In this document: positions 60,721 through 64,000 of the stretch, piece after piece
Layout: every line of letters starts with the position of its first letter
Numbering within the stretch: position 1 is the stretch's first letter
Source: Podarcis liolepis
Lineage: Eukaryota
Direction: 5' to 3' (one strand)
NCBI GenBank assembly: GCA_965112155.1
Contig: OZ218103.1
DNA length: 64,000 nt
Translations under genes and position numbers: made by a program
The notes under the pieces: generated by a model
What the model saw: only the letters and a program-made list of their open reading frames with translations
The model's database searches: none
Told to the model about the DNA's origin: nothing

Positions 60721-63567
60721 ATTGTGGGTTTTGGTTTATTTTTTTAACTGCTGTTATTGTATACTGCTCCGATCTCCTTAGGGGGAAGAATGGAATCTAA
60801 ATTATTTTTGATATCCAGCTAACTTGTGAATGTCAATATGAGGTACAGGAAAGAGCCTGAAATGAGCATCTTTATCAATGTAGCTTTTTCATTTGATTTA
60901 CAGACACGAGAGAACCAAGTGCCAGGTGAAACTATGCTTGAGAATACAATAATACAAATGGTTTCAAAGAGTAGTGTAGAATCTTATGTCAAGGGTACTC
61001 GGTGATGTCCTCACTTCTTAAAGTTGGATTAAACATTTTGCAATTATTATTTTTGTTGCAAATAATGTTTTGGGCAAACATTACATATTTATTAAATCTC
61101 CCCCGCCCCTTTCATGAACAAACACTTTATTTTTAAATGTTAAAAAAGACACACCAAAATTTAAGTTGAAAAGAAAAAAATACAAAACTTATCTTGATCT
61201 TTCTAGGTGTTGCTATGTATTTGAGTAATATGTTGTCAAACCAACAGCATTCCTAAGATGCATTAAACTAATATTTCATAAGAATGCCTCAACCCTGATG
61301 ATGTATTAATGTAATACATCGTTAAGGCGCCATTGCTCTTATGACATATAGCTCAAAATATTCCTATACTATTGAAGCACTACCTAGGGCATCTAGATCT
61401 GCTCGACCTGGGAAGGAAGAAAATGTTTCTAACGGCTAAGGTGTAGAGTTTTTGCAAAGGGGGATGCATAGACAAATGCAGCTGAAAACTAGATGTATCT
61501 GGAGGAAGCAATGGCATTGCATAGTTTGTGAAATAAAAATAAAGAAGAGCCAGACTGAAGCTGTAAAATTCTTAAATGCCAAAATAGGAGCCAGAAGATT
61601 TGATCCTGGCTACTCTTAAGACAGCTTTTGATGCTGCACAAAAGCACACACTTTTTTGTGTAATGTGCAAAGGGAAAACTGCACATTAGCATGGAATTTA
61701 CGCATCTTACACAGATTTCAGTATTGGTGCCTGTAAGTTTTATCCCAGATGTCAAACAGCAGCTTTGTGGAGCGTTGGGGAAATTGTACATGGGAAAGGA
61801 TTAAATAATAAACACAGCCCAATCTGATTTGTCCACTGCTGTAGGCTACTGCTATTATTATTATTTTTTAAGAAACTGAGAGATCCTAATCATAAATCTG
61901 CATCACACATCACATGTGGTTGTGCTCTCACATTGTGTGGAAAATGAGCAACACCCTCTTCTCATGGTACCACAAGTGGTATAAACACACAGCAGTGCCA
62001 TTAGGCATGGACTTGGGTCCGGCTGGCCAGCTCTCAGTGAGGCCCAAATGAGGCACCCTGGTTGTCCACGCCCCCTCAGCACTGGGCTGAACCTGGGATA
62101 GCCACACGGAGCAATCTCTCAGCAAAATGGTGGCGCTGTTACTGAGATCCCAGTAATAGCTGTTTAGGTGGCTGGCTGACATTTTGGAAATGCAGCCTAG
62201 AGGACGTGAGTTGGAAACCTGGCGGGTGAAACCAGCTCCAGTGTAGAGTGTGGTTGCCAAGTGAGTAGCCAGGAAGGAAGAAACCATGGCAAGAGGGGAG
62301 GTTGGAGCACTGGAAAGGTACCAGCAGACCCAGTCTTGTGCTCCTACCATGTGTCCACCGTGCCAATCTCACCACCACCTTGTACTCCCCCTTCTCTGTT
62401 TCATCATGCAGCAGTGGTGTGGGCCAATGAGGTCAGGTCAGCACCACACCCTGCTACTGACGGCTCTCAAACCTGGCAGTGCTCCTGCAAACAAGGGGAT
62501 GCAGATCCCACCGGCAATTGTATAGAGTGCCTGAAGCCATTCCCCAGAACCAGTTCCACTGAAATAAAATGGACTTTATTCCAAGAAAGAGATGGTATAG
62601 CTGTTAGCATCACTGTATTATTAGTTGTATTGCTTGTACATACGGTGTAACAACAGAGATCTAAATACGCTGACATGCATTTTTCATTAAGTGAAAACCT
62701 GCAGCGCTGTGGTGCATCTTCTCCTGTTGCTGAACCATGGGCTGGTTGCACTAGTGCTGTGCTGAAAGCTGCCCTTCAGTTTCTGAAAAGGTCCCCCCCC
62801 CCCGAAGAACAGGATTTTCATTATTTGTTTTATTCTTAGGGCACTTTAGAATTTCTTTAGAATTTGCTGGGTGTAGAGGTTTGACTTCATCACTGGCAGG
62901 TGGTCAAGGGTGGCTTGTTGTTGTTTTCCTTTCCAGTGAACTTTGCAGCTTTCCTTGACTGTTTATTCTTGTTGATCAGAAATATCCCCATGGGAGGAAT
63001 GATCTCATGATGTCTTTTCTTGGGCTTAAACTTTTCTTGGGCTTTAAGTGTGGTCACCCAGGGAGGCTGCAGATTGCAGACTGCTGCTGAGATGATTTGT
63101 AAAATGAAAGAAAGAATGCTCACTCTCAACCACCTTAAAAATAAAGTCAGTGTGACCCCCTTAAAAAAAAACAACAACCCAGGAGAATTTCACCTCCCTT
63201 TGATCATTTTCTCTGCATTTGAAAATTACAAAGGAGACTCCCCCTTCCCGCCAATTCATTGCATGAATGACAATTCAGGTTTAGATGACCCTTGGGGTCC
63301 TTTCCATCTTTACAATTCTATGATTGACAGAGAAAAGCAGACAGAAATGTGGGAGAAACTTTTAGCATACTTCTAGGTTGCACATTTAATGAATGCTGGT
63401 AACAGACATAGAGCAGATGAATTGCATTGGTGTTTTGGCCATACCCATCATGTCTGCCTCTCAAGCAACAACAGCTCAGACTCCAGTTGTCCACCAGTTG
63501 TCCACCTGTGACATCTCTACTCTTGCAAGATTTATGAAGATTAAAAAGGGAATATATGGCACTCTTC

Positions 63568-63799
63568 GCCAGTGTGGTGTAGTGGTTAAGAGCGGTAGTC
63601 TTGTAATCTGGGGAACCGGGTTCGCGTCTCCGCTCCTCCACATGCAGCTGCTGGGTGACCTTGGGCCAGTCACACTTCTTTGAAGTCTCTCAGCCCCACT
63701 CACCTCACAGAGTGTTTGTTGTGGGGGAGGAAGGGAAAGGAGAATGTTAGCTGCTTTGAGACTCCTGAAGGGGAGTGAAAGGTGGGATATCAAATCCAA

Positions 63800-63836
<37 letters not shown>

Positions 63837-63888
63837 TTCTTCTTCTTCTTCTTCTTCTTCTTCTTCTTCTTCTTCTTCTTCTTCTTCT
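63568..63888 (+). mobile_element. Squam3-like SINE with compound (CTA)n-(CTT)n tail
   Basis: gccagtgtggtgtagtggttaagagc A box, gggttcgcgtctcc B-box region, ctgggtgaccttgggccagtcac core; tail (CTA)11 at 63801-63833 then (CTT)n. Confidence 0.88.
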
Positions 63889-64000
63889 ATTTTTCATAAA
63901 TTTTGCATTGTGTGCACAATTAAGCTTCTAAACCAGAGCTATACATTAATGTCTATAGTAGCCTGTTAGTTATAGCCAAGATACTTCCCTCTGGAATATT

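Overview
Repeat-rich non-coding vertebrate DNA from a squamate reptile, probably a lacertid lizard. This is inferred from Sauria SINEs, Squam3-like SINEs, BovB, L2, CR1, Rex1/Babar, RTE-X-like and Penelope fragments, plus many hAT and Tc1/mariner-pogo MITEs. It is a draft assembly with four N gaps. No host protein-coding exon can be confidently identified; the ORFs I could assign are retroelement fragments, microsatellite or gap artefacts, or mirror ORFs from a palindromic array, and the remainder look like chance ORFs. One candidate alternative first coding exon lies at 31749-31793 (MAPEVIVNEKMIMKH followed by GTAAGT), which suggests the window may be intronic in a large gene. The standout structure is a 1173-bp Tc2/pogo-type MITE (42438-43610, perfect 27-bp TIRs, TA TSD). 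Its interior has expanded into a CpG-rich array with an exact 148-bp period, built from alternately inverted 74-bp half-units. An asymmetric 12-nt loop in the array occurs in both orientations (+ + - + + - -), and the array includes a spacerless palindrome of about 238 bp. Other points of note are a decayed Penelope-type hammerhead motif, nested insertions with readable TSDs, a local cluster of three copies of one hAT MITE, and a composite DNA element that appears to have captured an L2 tail. Repeat family names come from recalled motifs and were not checked against a database.
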